This document shows positions 27,255-36,748 of a stretch of DNA of 50,210 nt, in pieces; the stretch's first letter is position 1; each line of letters begins with the position of its first letter. This stretch comes from Dehalococcoidia bacterium (GTDB taxonomy: Bacteria > Chloroflexota > Dehalococcoidia > WHTO01). A program made the position numbers and the translations under genes. The DNA lies in contig WHTO01000004.1 in the NCBI GenBank assembly GCA_009377665.1, forward strand, positions 1 through 50,210, given 5' to 3'. A model generated the notes under the pieces. It searched no databases. It saw nothing but the letters and a program-made list of their open reading frames with translations, and had not been told where the DNA came from.

Positions 27255-27619
27255 TGTCCCAGGAGCACGGACGCCAGCCGGATGAGGCCAGGAAGGAGGC
27301 CGCCGCGGAGGCGGCTGCCGAGTCGGTGACGCAAAGCGACCCGCAAGAGGAGGCTGAGCCGAAACCGCAGCCCGAGGCCGAGAGCGTGCCCGTACCGACC
27401 CGCGACAGGCCTTCAGCGGGGGACTACCCATCCGGTGTCGATGAGACGGCGGCGAAGCTGGCAAGCAGAGACGAGCGCAACATGCCACCGAGCGGCAGCG
27501 AAGGCGCAACCAAGCCGAGGATCCCCGCCGTGCACGAGCAGGGCCCCGGCGATCCCTCCGGCCCGACGCCTCGCGACGCGGCACCGCCCCAGGACACCGA
27601 ACCGGGAGATAACGACTGA
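27254..27619 (+). CDS. Acidic Pro/Glu/Ala-rich 121-aa ORF between nuoC and nuoD; low-complexity, probably disordered
   Basis: Its ATG overlaps the nuoC TGA (GTGATG) and its TGA overlaps the nuoD ATG (TGATG). It fills the entire gap in a third frame. Third codon positions are mostly G/C. It has no TM and no Cys. Confidence 0.55.
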   Translation: MSQEHGRQPDEARKEAAAEAAAESVTQSDPQEEAEPKPQPEAESVPVPTRDRPSAGDYPSGVDETAAKLASRDERNMPPSGSEGATKPRIPAVHEQGPGDPSGPTPRDAAPPQDTEPGDND

Positions 27620-28758
27620 TGGTCATCGAGACGCGCCGCGAACGGCCGGTCGAGCTGGAGACGCTGGACCTCACGATTAACGTCGGGCCCCAGCACCCGG
27701 CGACCCACGGCGTCTTCCGGATGGTCCTCACCGTGGACGGCGAGGTCGTCGTCGATTGCGAGCCCTACATCGGGTATATGCACCGTGGCGCCGAGAAGCT
27801 CTGCGAGAACAACGACTATCGCCAGATCATTGGCTATCACGACCGCACCGAGTACCTTTCGCAGTTCAGCGCGGAGCACGGTTACGTGCTGGCGGTCGAG
27901 AAGCTAGCCGGGCTCGAGGCTCCCGAGCGCGCCGAGTACATCAGGGTGATTTGCGCCGAGTTCCAGCGCATCCACAGTCACTTCATGTTCATGGGTGCGT
28001 TTGGCACCGACATCGGCATCTTCGGTACGGCTTTCACCTATGCGTTCCGGGAGCGGGAGAACATCCGCGACCTCTTCGAAGAGATCTCGGGCGACAACAT
28101 GATGTGGAGCTACTTCCGGGTGGGGGGACTTGCCTGGGAGGTTCCGGACGACTTCGAGCAGCACTGTCGCTGGCTGCTGAAGCAGGTGCGCAGGGGCATC
28201 CAGGACGTCGACGGACTGATGAGCATCAACGAGATCTTTCTGACACGCACCGAGGGCATCGGGGCGGTCACCGGGGAACGAGCGATCGCCTGGGGTATGT
28301 CGGGGCCGATGCTGCGTGCCAGCGGCGTCAGGCATGACATCCGGCGCGCCCAGCCCTACTCACTATACGACCGCTTCGAGTTCGACGTACCCACCGGCAA
28401 GAACGGCGACGTCTTCGACCGCTACATGGTCAGGCTGCTGGAGATGGAAGAGTCCTGCCGGATCATCGAGCAGGCGCTCGACCAGCTGCCTGCGGATGGG
28501 CCGATCATCGCCGATAAGTTGCCGCGTACCATGCGGCCGGCGCCGGGTGAAGTCTATCAGCCCGTGGAATCGGCGCGCGGCGAATACGGCGTGTACATCG
28601 TGTCCAAGGGGCAGGGTACGCCGTGGCGGCACAAGATCCGCTCGGCGTCCTTTTCAAACGTGATGGCGCTGCGCGAGATGGTGCGTGATACCTACGTGGC
28701 GGACGCCATCGTCATCCTGGGTTCGACCGACATCGTGCTCTGCGAGGTGGACCGCTGA
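27619..28758 (+). CDS. nuoD: NADH-quinone oxidoreductase subunit D
   Basis: LTINVGPQHPATHGVFRMVL..YIGYMHRGAEKL and the C-terminal ..STDIVLCEVDR. Confidence 0.95.
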   Translation: MVIETRRERPVELETLDLTINVGPQHPATHGVFRMVLTVDGEVVVDCEPYIGYMHRGAEKLCENNDYRQIIGYHDRTEYLSQFSAEHGYVLAVEKLAGLEAPERAEYIRVICAEFQRIHSHFMFMGAFGTDIGIFGTAFTYAFRERENIRDLFEEISGDNMMWSYFRVGGLAWEVPDDFEQHCRWLLKQVRRGIQDVDGLMSINEIFLTRTEGIGAVTGERAIAWGMSGPMLRASGVRHDIRRAQPYSLYDRFEFDVPTGKNGDVFDRYMVRLLEMEESCRIIEQALDQLPADGPIIADKLPRTMRPAPGEVYQPVESARGEYGVYIVSKGQGTPWRHKIRSASFSNVMALREMVRDTYVADAIVILGSTDIVLCEVDR

Positions 28759-29903
28759 TGCTCCTGGATACGCTGGGCGGCCGCGGGATCATCTGGCAAC
28801 CGTGGTTCGACGCCGTCGTCACGCTCGTGGCGGTCACGTTGATCATGACGCTGCTCGTGTTCTTCATCATCTGGCTCGAGCGCAAGCTGGTCGGCCGCCT
28901 GCAGATGCGGCTCGGGCCGATGCGCACGGGGCCATACGGCACGCTGCAGTCGATCGCCGACGGCATCAAGCTCGTCGGCAAGGAAGACCTGCGGCCGGCA
29001 ACCTCGGACCGCTGGGTCTTTGAGTTCGCCCCGTACTTCGCATTCGTGCCAATCTTCCTGGCTTTCGTCGCCCTACCGGTCGCGGAAGACGGCTTCGTGC
29101 GCAACCTGCCGCTGGGGCTGTTCTACATCGTGGCCATCACTGGCCTCAACATCGTGGGCCTGGTGATGGCGGGCTTCGGCTCGGCCAACAAATACGCCGT
29201 GATGGGCGGCGCTCGCGCGGGCGCGCAGCTGATCAGCTACGAGATCCCGTTGATCCTTTCGCTGCTGTCGGTGGCGATGATCGACCAGACGTTGAACATC
29301 TCGGCGATGGTCGCGGACCAGGGCACCGTACCCTACGCGGTCCTGCAGCCGCTGGCCTTCGTCATTTTCCTGATTGCTGGCATGGCGGAGCTGCACCGGC
29401 AGCCCTTCGACATGCCGGTCGGCGAGTCCGAAGTGGTGGGCGGCGCCCTCGTCGAGTACAGCGGTATCCGCTGGGGGATGTTCTTCCTCGGCGAGTACTG
29501 CGCTGTGATAGTTATCTCTATCCTGGGGTCGCTTGTGTTCCTGGGAGGCTGGGCCTGGCCGTGGTCCGGCAGTCAACTGGGGGCGGTGGGGGAAACCGTC
29601 TGGCAGGTTGGATTGCTGGGCGCCAAGTCGCTGGCCATGATCGTGGTCATCTTCTGGCTGAGGGCCTCGCTGCCGCGATTGCGGATAGATCAGCTGATGG
29701 CATACTGTTGGAAGATACTGCTGCCCGTGGCGTTCGTGCAGATCCTGCTGAACGGCTTCGTGGTGGTCTACGACCTTCCCGACGTCGCCTTCCTGGTTAC
29801 TTCTGGCGCGTTGCTGCTCGGCCTCGGCTACCTGACCTACATCTCTGTCCGCCGCCCCGGAAGTTTGAAGGCGAGGAGGCTTGTTTATGCTGGGCGTACT
29901 TAA
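28758..29903 (+). CDS. nuoH: NADH-quinone oxidoreductase subunit H
   Basis: WLERKLVGRLQMRLGPMRTGPYGTLQSIADGIKL; it is polytopic. It follows nuoD directly (ATGA-type overlap), so there is no nuoE/F/G. Confidence 0.95.
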   Translation: MLLDTLGGRGIIWQPWFDAVVTLVAVTLIMTLLVFFIIWLERKLVGRLQMRLGPMRTGPYGTLQSIADGIKLVGKEDLRPATSDRWVFEFAPYFAFVPIFLAFVALPVAEDGFVRNLPLGLFYIVAITGLNIVGLVMAGFGSANKYAVMGGARAGAQLISYEIPLILSLLSVAMIDQTLNISAMVADQGTVPYAVLQPLAFVIFLIAGMAELHRQPFDMPVGESEVVGGALVEYSGIRWGMFFLGEYCAVIVISILGSLVFLGGWAWPWSGSQLGAVGETVWQVGLLGAKSLAMIVVIFWLRASLPRLRIDQLMAYCWKILLPVAFVQILLNGFVVVYDLPDVAFLVTSGALLLGLGYLTYISVRRPGSLKARRLVYAGRT

Positions 29904-30459
29904 GGGCGTTGCCACGACGCTGAGCACGATGATGCGCAAGCCGGTTACCCGGCAGTACCCGGAGGAGCATCGTCCCGTGGCGCACCGCCGTCGCGGCTTT
30001 CCAGTCCTGCTGTGGGACCACGAGAAGGACGAACCCTTCTGCACGGGCTGCCAGGTCTGCGCCCGCTATTGCCCGGTCGAGTGCATGACCGTGGAGATGA
30101 AGGACAACCCGCGCTTTGCCTCGGGGCAGTCCAAGCGGCGCAAGATCGTGGACCGCTTCTACATCGACTACGCACGCTGCATGCAGTGCAACATCTGCGT
30201 CGAGGTCTGCAACTTCGACGCGATCGCGATGAACAACACCTGGGAATACGAGGAGCTCAGCACGCCCAACCGGCGCGAGCTGACCTATGACCTCGATGAC
30301 CTGATGGCTCAATCGAAGGAAAAGCGCATCATCCCGTTCAACGCGACATCAGCGCTGGCCGAGCAGAAGGCCCGAGAGGCTGTCTTCGGCAAGCCCGAGG
30401 GGCAGCCGGCGTTGGAGGAACCTCAACCAGACGAGGCAGCAACCGCCAGCGACAAATGA
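29887..30459 (+). CDS. nuoI: NADH-quinone oxidoreductase subunit I (2x[4Fe-4S])
   Basis: CTGCQVCARYCP and CMQCNICVEVCNFDA. It has an acidic Pro-rich C-terminal tail. Confidence 0.9.
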   Translation: MLGVLKGVATTLSTMMRKPVTRQYPEEHRPVAHRRRGFPVLLWDHEKDEPFCTGCQVCARYCPVECMTVEMKDNPRFASGQSKRRKIVDRFYIDYARCMQCNICVEVCNFDAIAMNNTWEYEELSTPNRRELTYDLDDLMAQSKEKRIIPFNATSALAEQKAREAVFGKPEGQPALEEPQPDEAATASDK

Positions 30460-30956
30460 GCTCAACTGAAGTCATCTTCTACGTTCTCGGCGGGCTGACC
30501 GCCCTGGCCGGCATCGGCGTGGTCACGTTCCGCAGCGTCGTGCACGCGGCGTTGGCGCTGATCGTGACCCTGCTTGGCGTCGCGGCGACGTTTTTGCTGC
30601 TTTCGGTGGAGTTCCTGTTCCTGGCCCAGCTGCTGATCTATGGCGGCGCGGTTACCGTGCTCCTGCTGTTCGCCCTGATGCTGACGCGGGTGCGCGACGT
30701 GCCCGCCCTCATGGTCGGGGCGCAGTGGCCGCTGGCCCTGCTGGCGGCTGGCTCGTTCCTGGGGATCTTCGCCTTCAGCATTTTCGACACCGAGTGGCGG
30801 GGCGACACCGAGAACCTGACGCCGATCCCATTCGCGGATATTGGCGACACGCTGTTCCGGGTCTGGGCGGTGCCGTTCGAGATCGCCTCGCTGGTGCTGC
30901 TCGTGGCGCTGGTGGGCGCGATCGTGCTGGGGCGCCAGGAAGAGGGTGACGCTTGA
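30456..30956 (+). CDS. nuoJ: NADH-quinone oxidoreductase subunit J
   Basis: Operon position, five hydrophobic helices and LLIYGGAVTVLLLFALML. Confidence 0.85.
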   Translation: MSSTEVIFYVLGGLTALAGIGVVTFRSVVHAALALIVTLLGVAATFLLLSVEFLFLAQLLIYGGAVTVLLLFALMLTRVRDVPALMVGAQWPLALLAAGSFLGIFAFSIFDTEWRGDTENLTPIPFADIGDTLFRVWAVPFEIASLVLLVALVGAIVLGRQEEGDA

Positions 30957-31261
30957 TCCCGCTTGAGCACTTCCTGATGCTCAGCGGAATCCTCTTCGCC
31001 ACCGGCATCTATGGCGTGCTATCGCGCCGCAACGCGGTGCTGATCCTGATGTCGGTCGAGCTAATGCTGAACGCGGTGAGCATCAACATGACGGCATTCG
31101 CCGTCTATCTCTCCCCCGACCTCTTTACGGGCATCATCTTCGCCATTTTCATCATCGCCGTGGCCGCCGCCGAGGTTGCGCTGGGCCTGGCGATCATTAT
31201 TCGCGTGTTCCGCCAGAGGGCTTCGGCGAACGTTGATGAGGTGGCAAGCCTGAAATGGTAG
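30953..31261 (+). CDS. nuoK: NADH-quinone oxidoreductase subunit K
   Basis: 102 aa with three TM helices, plus SVELMLNAVSIN and AAAEVALGLAI. Confidence 0.9.
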   Translation: MIPLEHFLMLSGILFATGIYGVLSRRNAVLILMSVELMLNAVSINMTAFAVYLSPDLFTGIIFAIFIIAVAAAEVALGLAIIIRVFRQRASANVDEVASLKW

Positions 31262-31271
31262 CGAGCGACTG

Positions 31272-33185
31272 ATGCCGGGCATGGACGAGGCCTGGCTGAT
31301 CCCGGCGATCCCGGCCGCTGCCTTCGCGTTCCTGTTCTTCTTCCGCAATCTGCTTCCCCGCCAGGGCGACTTCATCGCTCTCGGGGCTCTCGGCGCCGCG
31401 TTCGTCGTCTTCCTGCTGGTCCTAATCGACGTGCTGGAAGACGCCACGCTCGGCGAGCACATAACCCCATCTGTGGAGGGCTTTACCTGGCTGGAGTTCA
31501 GCGACTTCCAGATCCGGATTGGCTTCTTCGTCGACGAGCTGGCGATCGTGATGCTCTCGGTCGTGACGTTCGTCTCGCTGATGGTGGTCGTGTACTCGCT
31601 GGGCTACATGAAGGGCGAGAGCCACTACGGCTGGTATTTCACGGTCCTCTGCCTGTTCGCCTCGTCGATGCTCACGCTGGTCCTGTCGGACAACCTCCTG
31701 CTGGTCTACATCACGTGGGAGCTGGTCGGCGTCTGTTCCTTCCTCCTGATCGGCTTTTACTTTGAGCGCCGCAGCGCCGCCGAGGCGGCCAAGAAGGCGT
31801 TCGTGACGACCCGCGTGGGCGACACGGCGTTCCTCATCGGTGTGATCCTCGCCTGGCACCAGGCGGGGACCTTCGACATCCAGGAGATCCTGCGCCTGGC
31901 CGAGACCGGCGCGATCAGCGACGGCTGGTTGACGGCGATCTCGTTGCTCATCTTCGTCGGCTGCATGGGCAAGTCGGCGCAGTTCCCGCTCCACGTCTGG
32001 CTCCCAGATGCCATGGAGGGGCCAACGCCCGTTTCGGCGCTGATCCACGCCGCCACGATGGTGGTCGCCGGCGTGTATCTGACGGCGCGGCTGCTGCCGA
32101 TGTTCGAAGTCGCCCCAAGTGTCATGGACGTCGTCCTCGTCGTCGGCGTCATAACGACGGTGATGTCGGCGCTGATCGGCCTGTTACAGACGGACGTCAA
32201 GCGTGTCGTCGCTTACTCGACGCTGAATTCGCTGGGCCTGATGTTCGTCGCCCTGGGCTCGGGCGGGCACGGTCTTACAGCTGCCCTCCTGTACCTGTTC
32301 GTGCACGCGTTCTTCAAGGCGCTGCTATTCATGGCGGCAGGCTCGGTGCTTCACGCGACCGCGCGCCAGGACGCGATGGAACTCGGCGGACTGTGGCGCA
32401 AGATGCCGTTGACGGCCGGGCTGTTCGCGATAGGGGCGCTGGCGATGGCCGGGATCATCCCGCTCTCGGGTTTCTGGGCCAAGGACGAGATCCTGCTGGT
32501 CCTGCTGGACGAGCGCGGACCGGTCCTGTTCGGCCTGATCCTGGCGAGCGTGCTGCTCACCGGGATTTACGTTGCGCGGATCTGGATCCTGACGTTCCTC
32601 GGCAAGCCCCGTGACCAGCATGTCTACGACCACGCCCACGAGTCGGGCGTGCTGATGCTCCTGCCGATGCTGGCGCTGGGGGGCCTGACTCTGATCGGCG
32701 GCTTCATAGTCTTCACCGACATTGGACAGCTCGTTGGCCTGCCCGGCGGCTTTGGAGAATTCCTCTACTCGCACGACGAGCCCGTCGAGTTCCACTTCGA
32801 CTACGCGATGGCGGCGGCCTCGGCCGGCGCCGCGGCCGCGGGAATCATAATCGCCTTCTACTTCTGGCATCCGACGGGGCCGCGCGCGGCCAGGGTCGAG
32901 GCGGTCTTCCCTGAGATCACCCGCACGATTCGGCGCAAGTTTTACATCGACGAGGTCTACCAGGCCGGTATCAACCACGTAATGATGGGCGCCGCCGGCC
33001 TGATCGCCTGGTTCGACAGGGCCGTGATCAACGACACAGGCGTGGACGGCGGCGGCTGGCTCGCGAAATTCGCAGGCGAGCGCCTCAAATACCAGCAGAG
33101 CGGGTTGGTCCCGAACTACGCGCTCTATATAGTGGTCGGTTTCGTGGCACTCGCGGCCATTGGGCTGCTGACGGTGACCAGCTGA
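31272..33185 (+). CDS. nuoL: NADH-quinone oxidoreductase subunit L
   Basis: An Mrp-antiporter-like subunit of 637 aa, with WELVGVCSFLLIGF, GKSAQFPLHVWLPDAMEGPTPVSALIHAATMV and a C-terminal lateral-helix region. Confidence 0.95.
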   Translation: MPGMDEAWLIPAIPAAAFAFLFFFRNLLPRQGDFIALGALGAAFVVFLLVLIDVLEDATLGEHITPSVEGFTWLEFSDFQIRIGFFVDELAIVMLSVVTFVSLMVVVYSLGYMKGESHYGWYFTVLCLFASSMLTLVLSDNLLLVYITWELVGVCSFLLIGFYFERRSAAEAAKKAFVTTRVGDTAFLIGVILAWHQAGTFDIQEILRLAETGAISDGWLTAISLLIFVGCMGKSAQFPLHVWLPDAMEGPTPVSALIHAATMVVAGVYLTARLLPMFEVAPSVMDVVLVVGVITTVMSALIGLLQTDVKRVVAYSTLNSLGLMFVALGSGGHGLTAALLYLFVHAFFKALLFMAAGSVLHATARQDAMELGGLWRKMPLTAGLFAIGALAMAGIIPLSGFWAKDEILLVLLDERGPVLFGLILASVLLTGIYVARIWILTFLGKPRDQHVYDHAHESGVLMLLPMLALGGLTLIGGFIVFTDIGQLVGLPGGFGEFLYSHDEPVEFHFDYAMAAASAGAAAAGIIIAFYFWHPTGPRAARVEAVFPEITRTIRRKFYIDEVYQAGINHVMMGAAGLIAWFDRAVINDTGVDGGGWLAKFAGERLKYQQSGLVPNYALYIVVGFVALAAIGLLTVTS

Positions 33186-33204
33186 TGAAGGGCGAGGGCT
33201 GAGG

Positions 33205-34719
33205 TTGGAAGACTTCATAGAAGAATGGGCAATTGTCGCGACCATCGTCCTGATGCTGGGCGGGGCCTTCTTGATGCTGCTCATCCCGCAGCGCAGCCCT
33301 AACCTCATTCGCGCCGTCGCGGTCGTTTGCAGCCTGGCTGTGTTCGTCCTCTCCGCCTACATCTTTGCCTTCTACGACTGGCAGGAGAGCGGCCTCCAGT
33401 TCGAGCAGCGACTGCCCTGGCTGGAGAACGTCGGTTTCCTCGGCGAGAACGGGATCTCGCTTTATTTCGCGGTCGACGGTATCGCGGCGCCACTCTTTCT
33501 GCTCAACGGAGTCGTCATCCTGGCCGGGACGCTGATCTCGCTGAAGATCAAGAACCGCAACAAGGACTTCTTCATCCTGCTGTTCATCCTGGCGTCGGGC
33601 GTGTTCGGCACGTTCGGGGCCCAGGACCTGTTCTTCTTCTTCTTCTGGTACGAGGTGGCGGTCCTGCCGATGTACATGCTGATCGGCATCTGGGGCAGCT
33701 CGACCGACTTCGGCACCTTCCTGCGCACAAAAGAATACGGCGCGATGAAGCTGACGATGATGCTGGTCGCGGGCAGCGTCCTGATCTTCATCGGGATCTT
33801 CGCGACGTTCGTGGAGGCGGGGCAGGGTACTTTCGACCTCCAGGTCCTGGCCAGCGTCGAGTACGACGAAAACTTCCAGAAACTCATCTTCCCGCTGTTC
33901 CTGATCGGGTTCGGTACGCTGGCCGGCATGTGGCCGTTCCACACCTGGTCGCCCGACGGCCACGTCGCCGCCCCCACGGCCGTGTCGATGCTGCACGCGG
34001 GCGTCCTGATGAAGCTCGGGGCGTTCGGTATCCTGCGCGTCGCCATCTACCTGTTTCCGGTGGGCGCCGCGTTCTGGATGCCCGTCCTGCTGGTCTTCGG
34101 CATCGTCGGCGCGGTGTACGGTGCGATTTCGGCGTTCGGCCAGCGCGACCTGAAGTACATGATTGGTTACTCGAGCGTGAGTCACATGGGGTACGTCCTG
34201 ATCGGGCTGGCGACGCTCAACGAGATCGGCGTCAACGGCGCCGTCCTCCAGATGTTCTCCCACGGGGTGATGACGGCCCTCTTCTTCGCGGTCGTCGGCT
34301 CTATCTATGACGAGGCTCACATCCGCGACATGACGCGTTTCGGCGGTCTCGCCAAGTCGCTGCCGCTGGCGGCAGGCTTCATGGCGATCGCGGGCCTCAC
34401 GTCGTTGGGACTGCCGGGGTTCTCCGGTTTCGTCGCCGAGTTCCACATCTTCGTTGGCGTGTTCCAGGACTACGAATGGGCGGGGGTACTGGCCATTTTG
34501 GCCGCGGCCATCACGGCCGCCTACATCCTGAGGATGCTGGCGATGGCCTTCCTGGGGCCCTTCAACGAGCGCTGGAGCCGTCTCCCAGACATGAGTCCGC
34601 CGGAGCTGATGGGGGCGACGCTCCTGTTCGGCGCGATCCTCTTCATGGGCCTCTGGCCGGCGCCGTTCATTGACCGTATTGCGAGCACAATCGTTGGCTT
34701 CCCAGGGATCAGCTCGTGA
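33205..34719 (+). CDS. nuoM: NADH-quinone oxidoreductase subunit M
   Basis: FFFFWYEVAVLPMYMLIGIWG..MWPFHTWSPDGHVAAPTAVSMLHAGVLMKLG. It uses a TTG start. Confidence 0.95.
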   Translation: MEDFIEEWAIVATIVLMLGGAFLMLLIPQRSPNLIRAVAVVCSLAVFVLSAYIFAFYDWQESGLQFEQRLPWLENVGFLGENGISLYFAVDGIAAPLFLLNGVVILAGTLISLKIKNRNKDFFILLFILASGVFGTFGAQDLFFFFFWYEVAVLPMYMLIGIWGSSTDFGTFLRTKEYGAMKLTMMLVAGSVLIFIGIFATFVEAGQGTFDLQVLASVEYDENFQKLIFPLFLIGFGTLAGMWPFHTWSPDGHVAAPTAVSMLHAGVLMKLGAFGILRVAIYLFPVGAAFWMPVLLVFGIVGAVYGAISAFGQRDLKYMIGYSSVSHMGYVLIGLATLNEIGVNGAVLQMFSHGVMTALFFAVVGSIYDEAHIRDMTRFGGLAKSLPLAAGFMAIAGLTSLGLPGFSGFVAEFHIFVGVFQDYEWAGVLAILAAAITAAYILRMLAMAFLGPFNERWSRLPDMSPPELMGATLLFGAILFMGLWPAPFIDRIASTIVGFPGISS

Positions 34720-36170
34720 ACCTTGACTACTCGCTGCTGATCCCCGAGTTCTTCCTGGTGGCGTGGGCCGCTATCGTGGTCGCCGTCGACCTGTTCGTGC
34801 CGAAGGGCCACCAGTTGAGGACCCGTGTGGTCCACTTGCCGGCATGGGTGGCGGCCGCCGGCATGGCGGTGTACGTGGTCCTTTCGATCGCGCTCTACCA
34901 CGACACCAATGACAACTTCGCCGGCGTGATCGCGGTCGACGAGTACACGACCTTCTTCCGGGTGTTCTTCGGCGGCGTGGCCTTCTTCACCATCCTGGCC
35001 TCCATGCGTTACATGGAGCAGTACCTGAGCAACCCCGGCGAGTACTACGGCCTGCTGGTGATCTCGACGCTGGGCGCAGCCTACATGGCGGCCTCGCGGG
35101 AGCTCATGACGGCTTACATCTCCCTGGAGCTGCTGAGCTTCTCGCTGTACATCCTGGCCGGCTGGTCGCGCCGGGACCTGCGGTCGAGCGAGGCCAGCAT
35201 GAAGTACTTCCTGCTGGGGGCATTCTCGTCCGCGATCCTGCTCTACGGCATCGCCATGATCTACGGCGTCACGGGCAGCACGACCTACGCCGGCGTGGCG
35301 TCCGGCCTGTCAGGCGATGTGGGCGACATCGAGAGCGGGATGCTGCTGGGCATGGCGCTGTTGATAGCCGGGCTCGGGTTCAAGGTCGCCGCCGTGCCCT
35401 TCCACGCCTGGACACCCGACGCTTATGAGGGGGCGCCGCTGCCGATTACGGCCTATATCTCCGCGACTTCGAAAGCGGCGGGCTTCGCCTGGTTCCTGAG
35501 GTTGTTCTCGGGCGCCTTTATGCCAATCATCGACGACTGGCGCTGGATGATTGCGGTGCTTGCGGCGGGATCGATAATCCTCGGCAACTTGCTGGCGTTG
35601 CGCCAGACGAACATCAAACGCCTTCTCGCCTATTCCAGCATCGGGCAGGTCGGCTATATGCTGATCGGCATCGCCGCGCTGTCGCCCGATTCTGCCGGCG
35701 CCCTGCTTCTGCACCTGTCGGGCTACGTGGTGACGAACCTGGTCCTCTTTGTCTGCGCCATCGCCTATTACGACGAAACCGGCGAGGAGGAGATAAAGGG
35801 CTACGCCGGGCTGGCCCAGCGCCAGCCGTACCTCGCGCTGATGATGGCAATCGCGCTCTTCTCTCTGGCGGGCATGCCGCTCTTCGCGGGCTTCCTGACG
35901 AAGTTCATCCTCTTCCAGGTAGCTGTCGAAGAGAACCTGATGTGGCTGGCAGCCCTCGGCGTCTTCGGCAGCTTTGTGTCGCTGTACTACTACCTGATGG
36001 TGATCCGCCAGATGTACATCGAACCCGGCACCACGCTGACGCGCTTCCGCACCAGCCCGGTCGTCGCCGGCTCACTTCTCGTACTGGGAGCCGGCGTCAT
36101 GCTGATAGGGCTCTATCCGGCGCCGATCTACGACCTGGCGGACGAAGCCGCCCAGGTCCTCTTCGTCTAG
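34716..36170 (+). CDS. nuoN: NADH-quinone oxidoreductase subunit N
   Basis: GFKVAAVPFHAWTPDAYEGAPLPITAYISATSKAAGF. It is the last gene of the operon. Confidence 0.95.
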   Translation: MNLDYSLLIPEFFLVAWAAIVVAVDLFVPKGHQLRTRVVHLPAWVAAAGMAVYVVLSIALYHDTNDNFAGVIAVDEYTTFFRVFFGGVAFFTILASMRYMEQYLSNPGEYYGLLVISTLGAAYMAASRELMTAYISLELLSFSLYILAGWSRRDLRSSEASMKYFLLGAFSSAILLYGIAMIYGVTGSTTYAGVASGLSGDVGDIESGMLLGMALLIAGLGFKVAAVPFHAWTPDAYEGAPLPITAYISATSKAAGFAWFLRLFSGAFMPIIDDWRWMIAVLAAGSIILGNLLALRQTNIKRLLAYSSIGQVGYMLIGIAALSPDSAGALLLHLSGYVVTNLVLFVCAIAYYDETGEEEIKGYAGLAQRQPYLALMMAIALFSLAGMPLFAGFLTKFILFQVAVEENLMWLAALGVFGSFVSLYYYLMVIRQMYIEPGTTLTRFRTSPVVAGSLLVLGAGVMLIGLYPAPIYDLADEAAQVLFV

Positions 36171-36181
36171 GAATCGGTCGC

Positions 36182-36358
36182 TCAGACCGAGAGGCTCGAT
36201 AGCTGCTGGGCGGCGTAAATGTGGATCGCCTTGGCGCCGCACTTGCAGCGGACGCGGCTTGCGCTCAGGTGTTGATCGTCCGTGTAGCCGATGTAATGCC
36301 CCTTGCAGGAGCGGCAGAAGTAGCTGATCTCGACCGGGGTCTGGTTCATAGCTCGCAT
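36182..36358 (-). CDS. Possible 58-aa zinc-ribbon protein
   Basis: MRAMNQTPVEISYFCRSCKGHYIGYTDDQHLSASRVRCKCGAKAIHIYAAQQLSSLSV has CxxC...CxC. A GGTGGAGGG RBS lies 8 nt upstream of ATG 36358. The longer listed ORF (to 36670) has an implausible N-terminus. Confidence 0.4.
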   Translation of the reverse strand: MRAMNQTPVEISYFCRSCKGHYIGYTDDQHLSASRVRCKCGAKAIHIYAAQQLSSLSV

Positions 36359-36698
36359 CGCAATTCCCTCCACCTGGTATACAAATCGGATGGTCGTCCG
36401 GTTCGGTTCGCTGAAGATAGGCGCGCCCTTGTTTCCGCCGTGTAGCCGGCGGCGGCGGTCTCGTTGCAAGGTCGTAAAACGAACAGCGGGCTCACAGTGG
36501 GTCAGGGCGCCATCAATCTTGATCCGCCACCAGGCAACAGCGATGTGTACTGCCCCGGCCCTGCAGCCGAAGAATGAGACGGCGACGAAAGCGATGGGAA
36601 TGAACCCTGGGCAGGGTGTCGGGCAGCCCGATGCGGGGCAAGAGCATGCCTCTGCCCCCGCGGCCCTCAAGTTTTCGTGAATGGGACGCGCCGTCGCC

Positions 36699-36716
36699 GG
36701 GGCATCGCAATGCCCC
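36699..36716 (-). terminator. Hairpin 33 nt downstream of the glnA stop
   Basis: GGGGCAT-TGCG-ATGCCCC is a perfect 7-bp stem with a tetraloop and no U-tract. A second, bulged GC hairpin lies at 36635-36658. Confidence 0.4.
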
Positions 36717-36748
36717 CGTGCGGCTATCTCCCCTCGGGGTGCCGGTGA

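Noticed and set aside
26382-27731. 449-aa minus-strand ORF across nuoC and the inserted ORF
   Set aside because: The translation is an extremely Arg/Pro/Gly-rich shadow frame. The + strand carries the NuoC core and well-formed overlapping start/stop junctions.
33085-34446. 453-aa minus-strand ORF, plus similar ones at 32325..33308 and 31422..32048
   Set aside because: They are antisense to nuoL/nuoM. Their highly charged R/D/E/H-rich translations are incompatible with the clear membrane-subunit reading on the + strand.
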